From assembly GCF_009914755.1 (NCBI RefSeq), contig NC_060943.1: 64,000 nucleotides of DNA; one strand, written 5' to 3'. The stretch is from the human T2T-CHM13v2.0 reference genome, Homo sapiens. The notes beneath the pieces are model-generated. The model saw only the letters and a program-made list of their open reading frames with translations, ran no database searches and was not told the origin of the DNA. Positions 31,407-51,926 of this stretch are shown in pieces (positions within the stretch are counted from its first letter, which is position 1; each line of letters begins with the position of its first letter). The position numbers were made by a program, and so were the translations under genes.

Positions 31407-32578
31407 TGTAAAAAGAAAAGTAGAGGTTCTTCTTCAAAGACTTCCTTCTTCATCTAATTAAGAATAAATAGTGTTTGAAATGCTTGGTTTTTGGTGCCAT
31501 AAAGAAATAGCACTTTAACATTAATTTATTTAGCAAGGCCATTTTTACTCCCTGCAGAAAGGGTACACTCGCCAGCAGTTTTGCCACGAGCGTACACCGA
31601 GCAAAGGAGACAGGGTCATTTATAACCTGAGGTGTCCACCCTACTGCTGTGTCCAGTTTCCATTGGCTGGAACGGGACCTCACATTCTGTGTTTGTCCCG
31701 ATTGGCTAGCAACTTAGAACGTTTTAAAAGAGGCAAAGGTGGAGGAGAACAAAGGAAGAAGGAAGTAACTTGTGGAATGCTGAGAAAGGTAAAAACACCT
31801 TCAAATAAGGAAGAGGAAGAGGCTATGACTTAATGCTTGCTTGGACCAGTATAAGCATGCCAGGGCAAATATTTAGGCTAAATTGTGGGAGCTAAGAACA
31901 TAAAGTATATTGATTTCTTTATTATGGCTAGCAGATATTTAAGAATGTTAGCACAGGTCTTTGAATAAATTTTACTTTTAAGAGAAGTTACTATTTATTC
32001 CTAATCGAATGGGAAGGAAAATTTTTGAAGAGGAACCTCTACTTTACTTTTTACAAACAATAACTTGTTTTAGAAGCAACATTTATTTAAAGACTTGTAC
32101 TAATATTCTTAAATATTTGCTAGCTGTAATAAAGAAATCAATGTACTTTATGTTCCTAGCTTTTACATTTTAGCTTAAATATTTGCTTTGGCATGCTTAT
32201 ACTAGTCTAACCAAGTATTAGGTCGTAGCTTGTTCTTTATTTGAAGGTGTTTTTACTTTTCTTAGCGTTCTACAAGTTACTTCTTTCTTTTGTTTTCTTC
32301 TGCTTTTGCCTTTTTAAAAAAAGTTCTAAGTTGCTAGCTGATCGGGATAAATACAGAGTGTGAGGTCTTGTTCCAGCTAATGGTAACTGGACACAGCAGT
32401 AGGGTAGACGCGTCAAGTTGTAAATGACCTTGTCTCTTTTGTTCAGTGTACTCTCGTGGCAAAAACTGCTAGCAAGTGTATCTTTTCTGCGGAAAGTAAG
32501 AAACTGGCCTTGCTGAAGAAATTAAATTCATGTTCAAGTGCTATTCTTTACAGCGCCCGAGAACAAGCATTTCAAACA
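31407..32578 (+). mobile_element. LTR10C solo LTR (outer copy), split by a second LTR10C; TSD AGGA
   Basis: tgtaaaaagaaaagtagagg...gcatttcaaaca. AGGA flanks at 31403-31406 and 32579-32582. Confidence 0.8.
31472..32055 (-). mobile_element. LTR10C solo LTR (inner, inverted copy)
   Basis: Full reverse-complement copy: tgtttgaaatgc...ctctactttactttttaca. Confidence 0.85.
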
Positions 32579-32699
32579 AGGACCTCTGGGGATTGGGGGT
32601 GGGGGTGGGGTGACATTTGCAAGTGGACACTGGCATTCATCAGTACTCACTGGGCCCTTCCTCTTTCTTCCTCCTGGACTAGGGGAAATTCCACACAGT

Positions 32700-33125
32700 G
32701 TTGTCCATCAAGAAAAATGCCCAGACAAGGCTCAATCATTTTAGGAGGTTTATTTGCCAAAGTTAAGGACATGCACCCCTGACACAGCCTCAGGAAGTTC
32801 TGACATGTGCCCAAGGTGGTCAGGGAACAGTTTGGTTTTATACATTTTAGGGAGACATGAGACATCAGTCAATATATATAAGGAGTATTTGGTTCTATCC
32901 AGAAAGATGGGGACAATTCGAAGCAGGGAGAGGGCTTCCAGGTCACGGAGAGACAAGTGGTTGCCTTCTCCTGAGTTTCCAATATGCCTTTCCAAAGGAG
33001 GCAATCAGAATATGCGTCTATCTCAGTGAGCTGGAGGGATGACTTCGAATAGAATGGAAGGCAGGTTTATCCTGAGCAGTTCCCAGCTTGAATTTTCCCT
33101 TTAGCTCAGTGATTTTGGGGGCCCA
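32700..33125 (-). mobile_element. MER4A-like ERV1 LTR
   Basis: gtttatttgccaaagttaaggac...cagttcccagcttgaattttccctttagctcagtgattttgggg. Confidence 0.7.
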
Positions 33126-33648
33126 GTGGAGCCAAGGATCCCGTGGCGTCAGAGCAGGAGGGGAGGCCAGGCCAGGCAAGACTGGAACAGGAGGGAGGAC
33201 CTTTGGGATGAGGCTGTTGGCAACGAAAGTAAGGGTTTCTCATACCTTATCATTCAATCTATTCCTTTTCATACAAGAAGATAAAGACACAGCAGCAAGA
33301 ACAATTATTAAATGCATGAAAAAAACAGAGTTATATGACAGCAATATTCCATAAAGGAATCAAAACACAAAAAGGCAAAAAATGAGCTTGTTCAGATAAG
33401 CAGGGTGCCACACCCACAGTTCAAAAAGAAAATCGCCTTCAAGGGGTTAAACTTATTCCCAAGCTTGAGAGCCATGTTCTGCTGAAGTGGAGACCCAGGG
33501 TGGACCAGACCAGGGGTGACGAGGCAGGGAAACCTAAGGATTTAACTCTGTCAGCCTACCATGTTCTCTTGCCCCATTCTCACAGTGTGGAAATGCTTCC
33601 CTCCTTCAATGCCTTGGTTTTTGCCAACAGAAAATTCTCACAAGGAGT

Positions 33649-34512
<864 letters not shown>

Positions 34513-34562
34513 GACTCATTTTAAGATTCAGACCTGAATAAACTGTCAAATTCAAAAACTGT

Positions 34563-35882
<1,320 letters not shown>

Positions 35883-37559
35883 TAGCTGATTTTTGTATTT
35901 TTAGTAGAGACGGGGTTTCACCATGTTGGACAGGCTGGTATTGAACTCCTGACCTCAAGTGATCCACCCGCCTGGGCCTCCCAAAATGCTGGGATTACAG
36001 GCGTGAGACACCGTGCCTGGCCAGAGAAAAGTATTTTGTTGCTGCTTCTGGGTGCCCAGAGAAATGAGACATGGGGCTGGGTTCACAGGAAACGAGGTGA
36101 GTTGTGAGACAGGGGCTGGGGTGGGGACACTAAGGTGGCAGTTCAGCTGCATCTTGCGGCCCTACCTGGTGGGGGCGCTGTGACCCTGGACCAGCAGCTT
36201 GGCCTCTCTGGACCTCATTTTCCATTTTGTAAAGTGGGCCTGGATTATTCCAGTAAGAGACACACTATGTGTGAGGATGCTGGCCCAGAGTAGGTGCTTG
36301 GTTGGGGTGAACGCCCCTTCGTCTTTCCCCATTTCATTTTTCTCTTGAACTGTGCACATTATTCCTTCATTTGTCCCACAAATATTTGTTGAGCGCCTGC
36401 TATGTACCCAGCAGTGTGTGGCAAATAAGCAAAAAGTCCCTTTGAACCTCAGCCTTGTGGCTCCACTCAGCTTTTCTCCCAGGCAGGACCCTTGCATTTC
36501 TGAATCTCTCCACTGGGCTTCACCCAGGGATGATCAAAAAATATGAGTTCCAGAAGATGCATTCCCCACACGAGCATCAGCCCTTCCTTTGCACCAGAAC
36601 CTGTGCTCACAGCTGCAAAGAGGCGTGGATGAGACCCATCCCTCCCTCAAGAAACATCTTCTCCATCTACTTCCCTTCACTGCACCCTGCCCTTGAGTCA
36701 GGGACTATGATACGATTTTCCTCATTTATTCAATCTGATCCCAAATACATTTATCCGATCCCAAACACATGAAATCTGGCAGATGCTCATTTTTAAATTG
36801 ACAAAGAAAATATGCACATGGGCCAAGGGCAGTGGTTCACACCTGTAATCCCAGCACTTTGGGAGGCCCAGGCAGGCAGATCACTTGAGGCCAGGAGTTC
36901 GAGATCAGCCTGGGCAACATGGCGAAACCCCATCGCTACTAAAAATACAAAAATTAGCCAGGCATGGTGGTGCACGCCTCCTAGCTACTTGGGAGGCTGA
37001 GGCACGAGAATCACTTGAATCCAGGAGGCTGAGGTTGCAATGAGCCAAGATCACGCCACTACACTCCAGCCTGGGTGACAGAGCGACACTCTGTTTCTAA
37101 ATGAATGAATGAATAAATAAATAAAATATCCATGTGGCTAGCCAGTTAACCCAGTGCCATTTATCGAATATGTCAACTTAAAAAAGAGTATCTGCCAGAT
37201 TTCATGTGTTTGGGATCAGATACATGAAATAAGTGTATTTTATTGGAAATAAAAATATATTTATTTATTTGTATATATTTATGCTGCACAACACATTTGG
37301 ATATATGTATACATAGTGGAATGGCTCCATCAAGCCAGTTAATATATGCATTACCTCACACATTTATCATTTCTTTTGGTGGTGAGAATGCTTAAAATCT
37401 ACTCTCAATAATTTTCAAATATACAATAGGTTGTTATAACTATAGTCACCATCATGTACACTAGATCTCTTGGTCCTCCTGCCTAACTGAAATTGTGTGT
37501 GCTTTGATCAACATCAAAAAGATGAACGATAACAAGTGTTGGCAAGAAAGTGAAGAGAT

Positions 37560-38058
37560 CATGTTAAAACCCTCAACAAATAAGGCATTAAAGGAACATA
37601 CCTGAAAATAATAAGAGCCGTCTATGGTCAACCCACAGCCAACATCATACTGAATGAGCAAAAGCTGGAAGTATTCCCTTTGAGAACCAGAATAAGACAA
37701 GGATACCCACTCTTATCACTCCTATTCGACATACTACTAAAAGTCCTAGCCAGAGCAATCAGGCAAGAGAAAGAAATAAAAGACATCCAAATAGGAAGAG
37801 AGGAAGTCAAACTATCTCTGTTTGCAGATGATACGATTTTATACTTAGAAAACTCCATAGTCTCTGCCCAAAAGCTCCTCAATCTGATAAACAACTGGTA
37901 AAGTTTCAGAATAAAAACCAATGTGCAAAAACTCAATAGGATTTCTATAAACCAACAATGTCCAAGCTGAGTGCCAAATCAAAAACACCATCTCATTCAC
38001 AATAGCCACACAAAAAAATAAAATACTGAGGAATACAGCTAACAGGGAAGGTGAAATA
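37560..38058 (+). mobile_element. L1PA/PB ORF2 (RT) fragment
   Basis: [46 protein letters not shown]. Confidence 0.9.
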
Positions 38059-38082
38059 TCTGCCTGTGGTCCCAGCTGCTTA

Positions 38083-38429
<347 letters not shown>

Positions 38430-38492
38430 TGATCCACCTGCCTCAGCCTCCCAAAGTGCCAGGATTACGCGTGAGCCACCCCACCCAGCCTC

Positions 38493-38527
<35 letters not shown>

Positions 38528-39168
38528 CAAGTTATAAAAGCTCCAGGCACAGTGGTTCACACCCATAATCCCAGCACTTTGGGAGGCCAAGATGGGAGGA
38601 TCACTTGAGTTCAGGAGTTCAAGACCAGCCTGGGCAACATGGTAAGACCCCAACTTTACAAAAAATTTTTTTTCAATTAAAGAAAAACATCTTGCTAAAG
38701 AGGTCTCCTCTTCCTGAGATAAACGGCTGCTTGACAGTAAATAGAGGCAGGAAACCTCATGTTTGATCTGCTGCTTGATAACAAGAAGACATCAAAACCA
38801 CCACAGTAGCTGCTTAAGATGATAAAAATGACCATCCTCAGTACATAAAGACTGTGCATGAAATAACTTATCTCCAGCTTAGAGGAAGTTCCGCCCCAGC
38901 TACCACACATTTAACAGATCTTCCCAGAACATCTGAGCTCATCACTGAGCCAGGAGCTGGGATGACTGCAGTGGCCAGGGCAGACATGATACCTGCTCTT
39001 GTGGACTTTACACTGGACGGAGAAGGTGGAGGATGAATTATTGGCTGAGTTTTAGAAAAGAGCATGAGGAGTGTGAGGAAGAGATGGCAGTGGCTATGGG
39101 GGATGAACAACCTCATCCTCAGAAATCAGGACACCTGGTTGGGACTTCGGGGAGGAGATGGCATTTCA

Positions 39169-39982
<814 letters not shown>

Positions 39983-40091
39983 TCAGGAGGCTGAGGCAGG
40001 AGAATCTCTTGAACCCAGGAGGCGGAGGTTACAGTGATCTGAGATCATGCCACTGCACTCCAACCTAGGCAATAGAGCAAGACTCCATCTC

Positions 40092-40123
<32 letters not shown>

Positions 40124-42751
40124 AGAAAAAGAAAAAAAGAAGAAGGAGAAGAGGAAGAAAGAAAGACAGACAAACAATATGACAGGGGCCTTGGGCAGCA
40201 AGGAGTGGGGAGTGGCTCATGGAGCCAAAATAGACAGTCAGGGGTCTGATTTCAAAGGGTCCCAACAGCCCCAAGATTACACTCATCTACACGGGTGATA
40301 CTGTCTGTCCATGATAAACACAGAAGGAACAGTGGGTTCAAATGAGGTCAATCACACCTGGAAAATGAATTTCAAATAAACTCAGGAATAGCCATTCACA
40401 TTTCAAAAGGATTTTGCAACTCACAAATCTCCATAGCATTGGAATGAGAGAGTCATTTGCTTGTTTTCTCAGCAAGTATTTATTGAGCACCTATTAGATG
40501 CTGGGTGGTGGGACACAATGATGAGCGAGTCCAAAGTGGTCCTGCCTCCTCAGGTGGCCAGTCTAGTGGAAGGAACAAGGGATATGTCTATTAAGTAACT
40601 TATATGACATAATGCAGTTAGCATTACAGTAGAAGTAGAAGCCTCGGCCCCTCTCAGAGCTCTGGAAACCTTCCCCTCCATCTACTCCGGCAGCATGGGA
40701 AGTTCACGGGGGCCACAGCTGGCACCAAGTGTTTTCCACGCTTTGCTTCTGAGGGCCAAGATGCCATGGTGCTTTCTGTAGCATTTAACTGTGTGGAGCT
40801 CTGGGACTCTTGTGTCTTGGGGGAAGAAAGGACCACTTTTTTTTTTTTTTTTTTTTTGACAGAATCTTGCTCTGTCTTGCCCAGGCTGGAGTGCAGCGAA
40901 TGATCTCGGCTCACTGCAGCCTCCGCCTCCTAGGTGCAAGTGATTCTCCTACCTCAGCCTCTTGAGTAGCTGGGATTACAGGCGCCTGCCACCACACCCG
41001 ACTAATTTTTGTATTTTTAGTAGAGATGGGGTTTCACCATGTTGGCCAGGCTGGTCTTGAACTCCTGACTTCAGGTGATCCACCCGCCTCGGCCTCCCAA
41101 TGTGCTAGGATTACAGGCATGAGCCACTGCGCCCAGCTGAAGGACCACTTCTAATTCCTACCTATGTCTCTTGCTGCTAATTAAACATCTAAGTTTAGAG
41201 GCTAAGGGGGATACTACCTGGGGACCATTCCTCCGGACTGGAGTGAGCCTGTGTTTCTGTCTTCATCTTAGCCCCGAGCTATGGATCAAACCTCGGCTGC
41301 CTGCAGCTCTGTGGTTGATCCTGAGGGACTCCTTCATTTACACAAATGAAGTGTAGATAAGAATTGTGTGTCAACTTTTAATGAGCCCTCAAGGGTCATT
41401 GAAAAATCCCATGGCTAGTTCACTGATGAAACTTAGAATTGGCTTCCCAGGGATTGTTATGACAATAGAGTTTGGTAGATCGTGCCGGCAGGTGTTCCAC
41501 TGGGCTGTTTGATGCCACTCAAGGCTCTAGCCAAGCGCATCTCTGATGTGTCCTCCAGGAAGGGTGTCCAGGGGCTTTGACTGATGAGCACGGGGAGTTT
41601 TGGAGGAGGGCTGGAGGTGGCGGGTTCAGATGAATTCTACTAATTGCTTGGTATATGGACCCCATGACATCACTTCAACTGAATTCTCTGGGAGTTTGTT
41701 TTTGTTTGTTTGTTTTCTGTTTTATTTATTTTTTTTTTTTTTGAGATGGAGTCTCACTCTGTCACCCAGGTTGGAATGCAGTGGCACAATCTTGGTTCAC
41801 TGCAACCACTGCCTCCAGGGTTCAAGTGATTCTTCGGCCTCAGCCTCCTGAGTAGCTGCGATTACGGGCACCTGCTACCACACCCAGCTAATTTTTGTAT
41901 TTTTAGTAGAGATGGCATTTTGCCATGTTGGCCAGGCTGGTCTTGAACTCCTCAACTTAAGTGATCCTCCCACCTCGGCCTCCCAAAGTGCTGGGATTAC
42001 AGGCATGAACCACTGCACCCAGCCATTGTTTTCTTTGTTTCAGCAGAGATCCACTGGCCGTATGAATTGTTGATTTCTCTTTGGGTTCTTAAACACAGAT
42101 TAACAGGCAGAGGGTGACTTGTATAATAGTCTAAGTGGCTTCATGCCTCAGGACCCTGGCTCACATCAGATAAACTTGACTCGAATCCTGGCCTACCTAT
42201 TTCCTGGTTGTGTGACCTTAGTGAAGTGAATTGACCTCTCTGAACCTGTGTCTGCAAATGGGGAGGCCAATAATAATAGCACCTGCCCCACAGCATGATG
42301 CCTGTAAACGTATTGGCATTTCATAAATCCTCAATACGTGCTAGACAGTATGATTGTGTCACCCAGTAGAGTCTTGTAGGGATCTGGGTACAACTGATGG
42401 AGCCAGCTCATGGCTTTACTTACCTCACCCCCACGCCTTTAAAACTCATCTATTCATGCCTGTATTAAGGATTTATTCAACACTTTTTGTGTTCCAGGCT
42501 GTAGGAACCAAACCTTGTCTGCCTGCAGCTCAAACAAGAGAACAAGCAAGATGAGATCCTCTGCCCTCCTGGTGTTTTTTTTGTTCTCATGGGGAGAAAA
42601 TGTATTAAAATATGAGTTACTGCATCAGACATATAAAATAATAATTTCAAGAAAATGGATCTGTGATTGTAAATATTGGGTCAAATTTAGCATCAGAGTA
42701 AACAAATAAATGGATATTATGTCACAATCAGGGCGGACTGTAATTAAATGA

Positions 42752-43060
<309 letters not shown>

Positions 43061-44477
43061 TGAGATTACAGGCGTGAGCTGCCACTCCCGATCTGGTCTT
43101 GATTTCTCTTTTTTTAAGGACACTAACCCCACTGGGCGACCCTACTTTCTTGGCTTAATCTTAACCTAATTACATTCCAAAGGCCCCATCTCCAAGTATT
43201 ATCACATGGGGGGTTAGGGCTTCAACACATGAATTTTTGGGGATACACACATTCAGCTCATAACCCTGATCTGAAGCTAAGTTTCTGAACCAGGAGCAAG
43301 AAACTACTCTTAGTTTCTGATAGCTTGTCTCCATGACCCTGGAAGAAAAATCAAACATTATGTTTCTTTTCTCTGCAGCAAGGATGCAGGCATCTATCTC
43401 ATTCCCACACAGTTCCAGGTTCAGTTCCCTTGCAGTCCTAAGGTTCAGGGCAGTGAGAGCAAGAACCAGACCAGGTTCCTATTTGACCTAATTCCTTTTT
43501 TTTTTTTTTTCCTTTTTTTGAGACAAGGTCTACTCCGTCACCCAGGCTGGGGTGCAGTGTTATGGTACGATCAAGGCTCACTGCAGCCTCAAAGTCCTGG
43601 CCTCAAGCAACCCTCCTGCCTCTGCCTCCTGAGTACCTGGGAGTACAGGTGAGTGCCACCATGCCTGGATAACTTTAGTATTTTATTTTATATTTTATTT
43701 TATTTATAGAGATGGGGTTTCACCATGTTTCCCAGGCTGGTTTTGAACTCCTGGGCTCAAGCGACCTGCCCGCCTCGGCTTTTCAAAGTCCTGGGATTAC
43801 AGGCATGAGCCACTGACCATGGCCTAATCCAAAATGATATTTGTTGGGGAAGAAGTGTTCCTACGGATCGTGACCTTGTTATGCCATGACTGTTTGGCTG
43901 TGAGTGATATTCCTGTAAATATGTGAGTTTGAGCCAGGTTCAAGGAACGATCATGCCTAATTCTTTTTTATTCTTTCAATAAATATTTATTGAGCAAGTA
44001 TTCTGATGGGTTTGAACTGGGCTTGGATGCAGCAACAGGACTGGGAGGATCACATCCCTTAGCCAGTTCCTCACATTGATCCACCATTGCCTCACAGACT
44101 TTGGTCTTTTACTGCCTTAATAATTTTCACTAAGAACCATCTGCACTATGACGTGTTTCTCTCGATGGACTCACTCTTTTTTTTTTTTTTTTTTTTGAGA
44201 CAAGGTGTTTGTTGCCCAGGCTGGAGTGCAATGGCACAATCTCAGTTCACTGCAACCTCTACCTCTGGGTTCAAGTGATCCTCCTGCCTCAGCCTCCTGA
44301 GTAGCTGGAATTACAGGCACGTGCCACCATGCCAAGCTAATTTTTGTATTTTTAGTAGAGACGGGGTTTCACCATGTTGGCTAGGCTGGTCTCAAACTCC
44401 TGGCCTCAAGCGATTCACCTGCTTTGGCCTCCCAAAGTGCTGGGATTACAGGCATGAGCCACTGCACCTGGCCAAAG

Positions 44478-44648
44478 CTGCCACTTTTAAACCATCAGAT
44501 CTCATGAGAACTCATTCACTATCATGAGAACAGCGTGGGGGAAACCACCCCCATGATCCAATCACCTCCCACCAGGTCCCTCCCTCCACGAGTGGGGATT
44601 ACAGTTCGAGATGAGATTTGGGTGGGGACAGACAGCCAAACTATATCA
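44478..44648. mobile_element. MST/THE1 (MaLR) LTR fragment
   Basis: taaaccatcagatctcatgagaactcattcactatcatgagaacagc...gacagccaaactatatca. Confidence 0.7.
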
Positions 44649-44811
44649 GGACCTGAGGGCCTCAGCTATCTTTTTCCTGAAAGCTTCAGGCTAATTGCAT
44701 CAGAAGAAAGCCTCTGATCTGGGTGTTTAGTGAAATAGAAGTTGGTCCCCTGTATTGGTCAACCTAGGTTTGGAATGCTGCAGTAACAAGTAGTGACCTT
44801 GAAATTTTAGC

Positions 44812-45789
<978 letters not shown>

Positions 45790-46307
45790 CAACTGACAAC
45801 CACAAAGCTTCATTTCTTGGCTACATTTATATCCATAGTGGGTCCACAGAAGCTCTGTTCTGCAGGGTCTTCTTCCTTGCAGGACCAAGTGTGAAGAAGT
45901 GGCCTCTCTCTGGGATGGGCTGTTCTTGTAGCAAGGGAAAAGCAAAAATAATATAACCACATAAGGCTCTTAAGGTTCCTGCTCAGTGGTGGTACATGCC
46001 AATTCCTGTTCCATCTCATTACCTCAAGCAGGAGCATGGCCAAGCCTGGCTTTAATGGGAGTGGGAACTACAATCCCCTTGCAGGGATAGACGGACCCAA
46101 CATTGCTCCTGGGGCGTTTCTTCCACTCAGCAGAAATCAGAAAAGGACATGAAAAGTGAGTAAGCCTTGTGCCAAGAAAGACTCTAGGCTTTGGAGAAAC
46201 GTCCTTTATTGTTGCCTCTGGGGATTCAGAGCCCAGAGAGGGCAGGGATGGAGGTTGAGGATGCACAACAAGAGGTTTACACCAATCTTATGGGGTAGGG
46301 GCCTAGG

Positions 46308-46446
46308 TCAGCAGCTCTGCCTCTTCTCACAGATGTAAACAGGAGACTCTGATTTGCAAGAGGAGTTGCTCCAGTGTCCCTGGTAGAGCATCATCACACA
46401 GGCTGGGGTGGTTCCATTATCATCCAATTTCCTGGAGTCCCAGTTT
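46308..46446 (-). pseudogene. Lectin-domain exon 3 (terminal exon)
   Basis: cttcacag|A then NWDSRKLDDNGTTPACVMMLYQGHWSNSSCKSESPVYICEKRQSC*. Phase 2, open. Confidence 0.85.
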
Positions 46447-47087
46447 CTGTGAAGAGATGCCCACCACATCCCTTTCTGATGGGACCAGAGCCTGAAGCCC
46501 CAACTCCTGCCCTCTGTGAGTCAGGATCTGCCACCTGAAGCTCAAGAGGCCCCCAGTTATTGGGGCCTCTTATTGAGCCCATTGTATGGCCACTTATTGA
46601 GCCCATTGTATGGTAACCATCTGGTCAACCCCTTCCCTCTTTTTTTCCAAGTGGAGCTCAGATAGGAGTAGCAACAAGGCCACAGTCTTCAGAAAAGCTG
46701 AAAGTCTTCCAGCTCCTGGGCCACCATCCGACTGCCCCATCCCTCTGGGCTTCTCCCCTTCTCCAAGGTCCATTCCGCTTGAAACCAGACAGACCCCATT
46801 CAAATTCCAGCTCTGCCACTTGTATCTGTTTGACTACGGTCTTAATGTCTATGAGCTGCCGTTTCCTGTTTCACAAAATAGAAATTCATTCTGAGGATAT
46901 GATGACCAGTGCACATAAGGTATACGGAAGGTGCTCAGATTGCAGATCAATCTGCCAATGAGACAACTTCTGCCCTAAGCTTGGCCCCATGCAGAGCAGC
47001 TTGCCAGTCAGGGAAGGTGATGCAGGAGGTAGGAAATGTCGCAGAAAAAGGCATACAGTGTGAGGATGCAAGACAATGCCAAGAGGT

Positions 47088-47545
47088 ATAGTGAATTAAA
47101 GTGTCCTCTCCAAAAATATATGCCATGTCCAACCCCCTAACACCTGTGCATGTGACTTTACTTGGAAAGGGGGTCTTTACAGCTGTAATTAAATGAAAGC
47201 TCTCAAGATGAGATCATCCTGGGTTTGTCAGGTGGGCCCTAAATCCAATGTTGAGTGTCCTTATAACAGACAGAAAAAAGGAGACACAGAGGTGAGGAGA
47301 AGGCCGTGAGAAGACAGAGGCAGACAGTGGAGTGATGCCGCCGCAAGCCAAGGAATGCCTGGAGCCACCAGAAGCTGGAAAACACAGGGAAAGATTCTTC
47401 CTCAGACCCTTTGGAAGGGGCATGGCCCTACCGACATTTTGACTGGAAACCTCTGGCCTCCAGAACGGTGAAAGAACACATTTCTGTTGTTTTAAGCCAC
47501 CCAGTTTGCAGTACTTTGCTATGGCAGCCATGGGAAAGTCATACA
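47088..47545 (+). mobile_element. MLT1 (MaLR) LTR
   Basis: tgtgactttacttggaaagggggtctttacagctgtaattaa...gttttaagccacccagtttg...ggcagcc. Confidence 0.75.
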
Positions 47546-47644
47546 GTTGGCAAATGCTACATTGTTTCACTCCTTCTGAGTAGGCTTAGTGCTCATTAGC
47601 ACATTCAGGGCTCTGAAAAGTCCTGCAACAAAGAAAGCAGTTTG

Positions 47645-48305
47645 ACAACAGGTGCTGGCAAGGTTGCAGAGAAACAGGAATGCTTTTACGCTGTTGGTGG
47701 GAATGTAAATTAATTCAACCATTGTGGAATTCCTCAAAGATCTAGAACCAGAAATATCATTTGACCCAGCAATCCCATTACTGGGTATATGCCCAGAGGA
47801 GTATAAATCATTCTGTTACAAGGATACATGCACGCCTGTGTTCATTGAAGCACTATTTAAGACATGGAATTAACCCAAATGACCATCCATGATAGACTGG
47901 ATAAAGAAAATGTGGTACGTATACACCATGGAACACTATGCAATCGTAAAAAGGAACGAGATCGTGTCCTTTACAGGGATATAGATGGAGCTGGAAGCCA
48001 TTATTTTCAGTGAACTAATGCAGGAACAGAAAACCAAACACAGCGTGTTCTCACTTATAAGTGGGAGCCAAACAATGAGAACACATGGACACAGGGAGGG
48101 GAACAACACACAGTGAGGCCTGTCAGGAGGTGGGGTTGGGGGAGGGAGAGCATTAGGAAAAATAGCTAATGCATGCTGGGTTTAATATCTAGGTGATGAG
48201 TTGATAGGTGCAGCAAACAATCATCGCACACATTTACCTATGTAACCAACCTGCATATCCTGCACGTGTACCCCAGAAATTAAAATTAAAATAAAATTTA
48301 AAAAA
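47645..48305 (+). mobile_element. L1PA 3' end
   Basis: Typical L1PA ORF2 end and 3' UTR ending ...cctgcacgtgtaccccagaaattaaaa. Confidence 0.85.
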
Positions 48306-48658
48306 GATTATGACTCTCTCTGAAGGCTCAGATGATTGTTAGCACTTTTTATCAATAAAGTATATTTAAATTTAAAAAAAAAAAGAGTTTGACATTGAAC
48401 CCATAATTTCTCAAGCACCAAACTGGGAACACTCTTGTCAAGTAACAAAATAACTATAACTAGGATAATAGAAAAGATGTCGGCTGTGCACGGTGGCTCA
48501 CGCCTGTAATCCCAGCACTTTGGGAGGCCGAGGCCGGCGAATCCCCTGAGGTCAGGAGTTTGAGACCAGCCTGGCCAACATGATGAAACCCCGTCTCTAC
48601 TAAAAATACAAAAAATTAGCTGGGTGTGGTGGCGGGTGCCTGTAATTCCAGCTACTCA

Positions 48659-48763
<105 letters not shown>

Positions 48764-48931
48764 TTAAAAAAAACAAAAAACAGAAAGGATATCAGGCAGT
48801 TTGGGAGCTACTACGGGTACTTCATTGTGAATGAATGAAAGAGAAACACCTACAGTGGTCATAACTTACTGCCTGAAAGCCATGCCTGCCTCTTAGGGGA
48901 GACTATCTTTGGTGTCAAAGGAGATACTCAC

Positions 48932-49035
48932 ATGTAGGTGGGGGCTGAGCCATCCATCCACCTGTGGGCACTTCCTTGGCCATCTTTGAAGAGGCCTATC
49001 CAGGATGTCGCCTGGTTAGTTGATGTCAGGAAGTC
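48932..49035 (-). pseudogene. Lectin-domain exon 2
   Basis: ttccag|DFLTSTNQATSWIGLFKDGQGSAHRWMDGSAPTY-AT|gtgagt. Contains WIGL and W.DG motifs; phase 0 to 2. Confidence 0.9.
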
Positions 49036-49217
49036 CTGGAAGGAAGAAGTTACATTTGGGAGGTGGAATTCCTTGGAAGCTGAAAGGATGGAGGCAGGGG
49101 TGTCCAGAGGGCGAGAGGAGTAAGTTGCAGAGATCACAGTTAGATGGGCAGGCAGACAGAGGCAGGCAGGGAATTCACTGCCCTTGAATCTTGACTTTGA
49201 ATCTCAGATCTACTATG

Positions 49218-50780
<1,563 letters not shown>

Positions 50781-50940
50781 ACACGTTGCAATGGCCTCCA
50801 ACAATTCAGCCACCCCTCAGTTTCCCCATCAGCACAAACAAAAGAATGGAGATCCCCAGCTCTTAATATATTCTCACGGCCGGGCACGTTGGCTCACACC
50901 TGCAATCCCAGCACTTTGGGAGGCCGAGGTGGGTGGATCA

Positions 50941-51305
<365 letters not shown>

Positions 51306-51395
51306 CTATAGGCCGTAGGAAGACTTCTGTCAGGAGACTCAATCCCAGGGACAATCTTGAGACCCTATCTTAGGTCAAGCCTTGTTTTTGGCCTA

Positions 51396-51926
<531 letters not shown>

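Noticed and set aside
46569-46613. 24-bp tandem duplication (cttattgagcccattgtatgg) as an array or CRISPR-like repeat
   Set aside because: Only two copies in eukaryotic intronic DNA; simple slippage.
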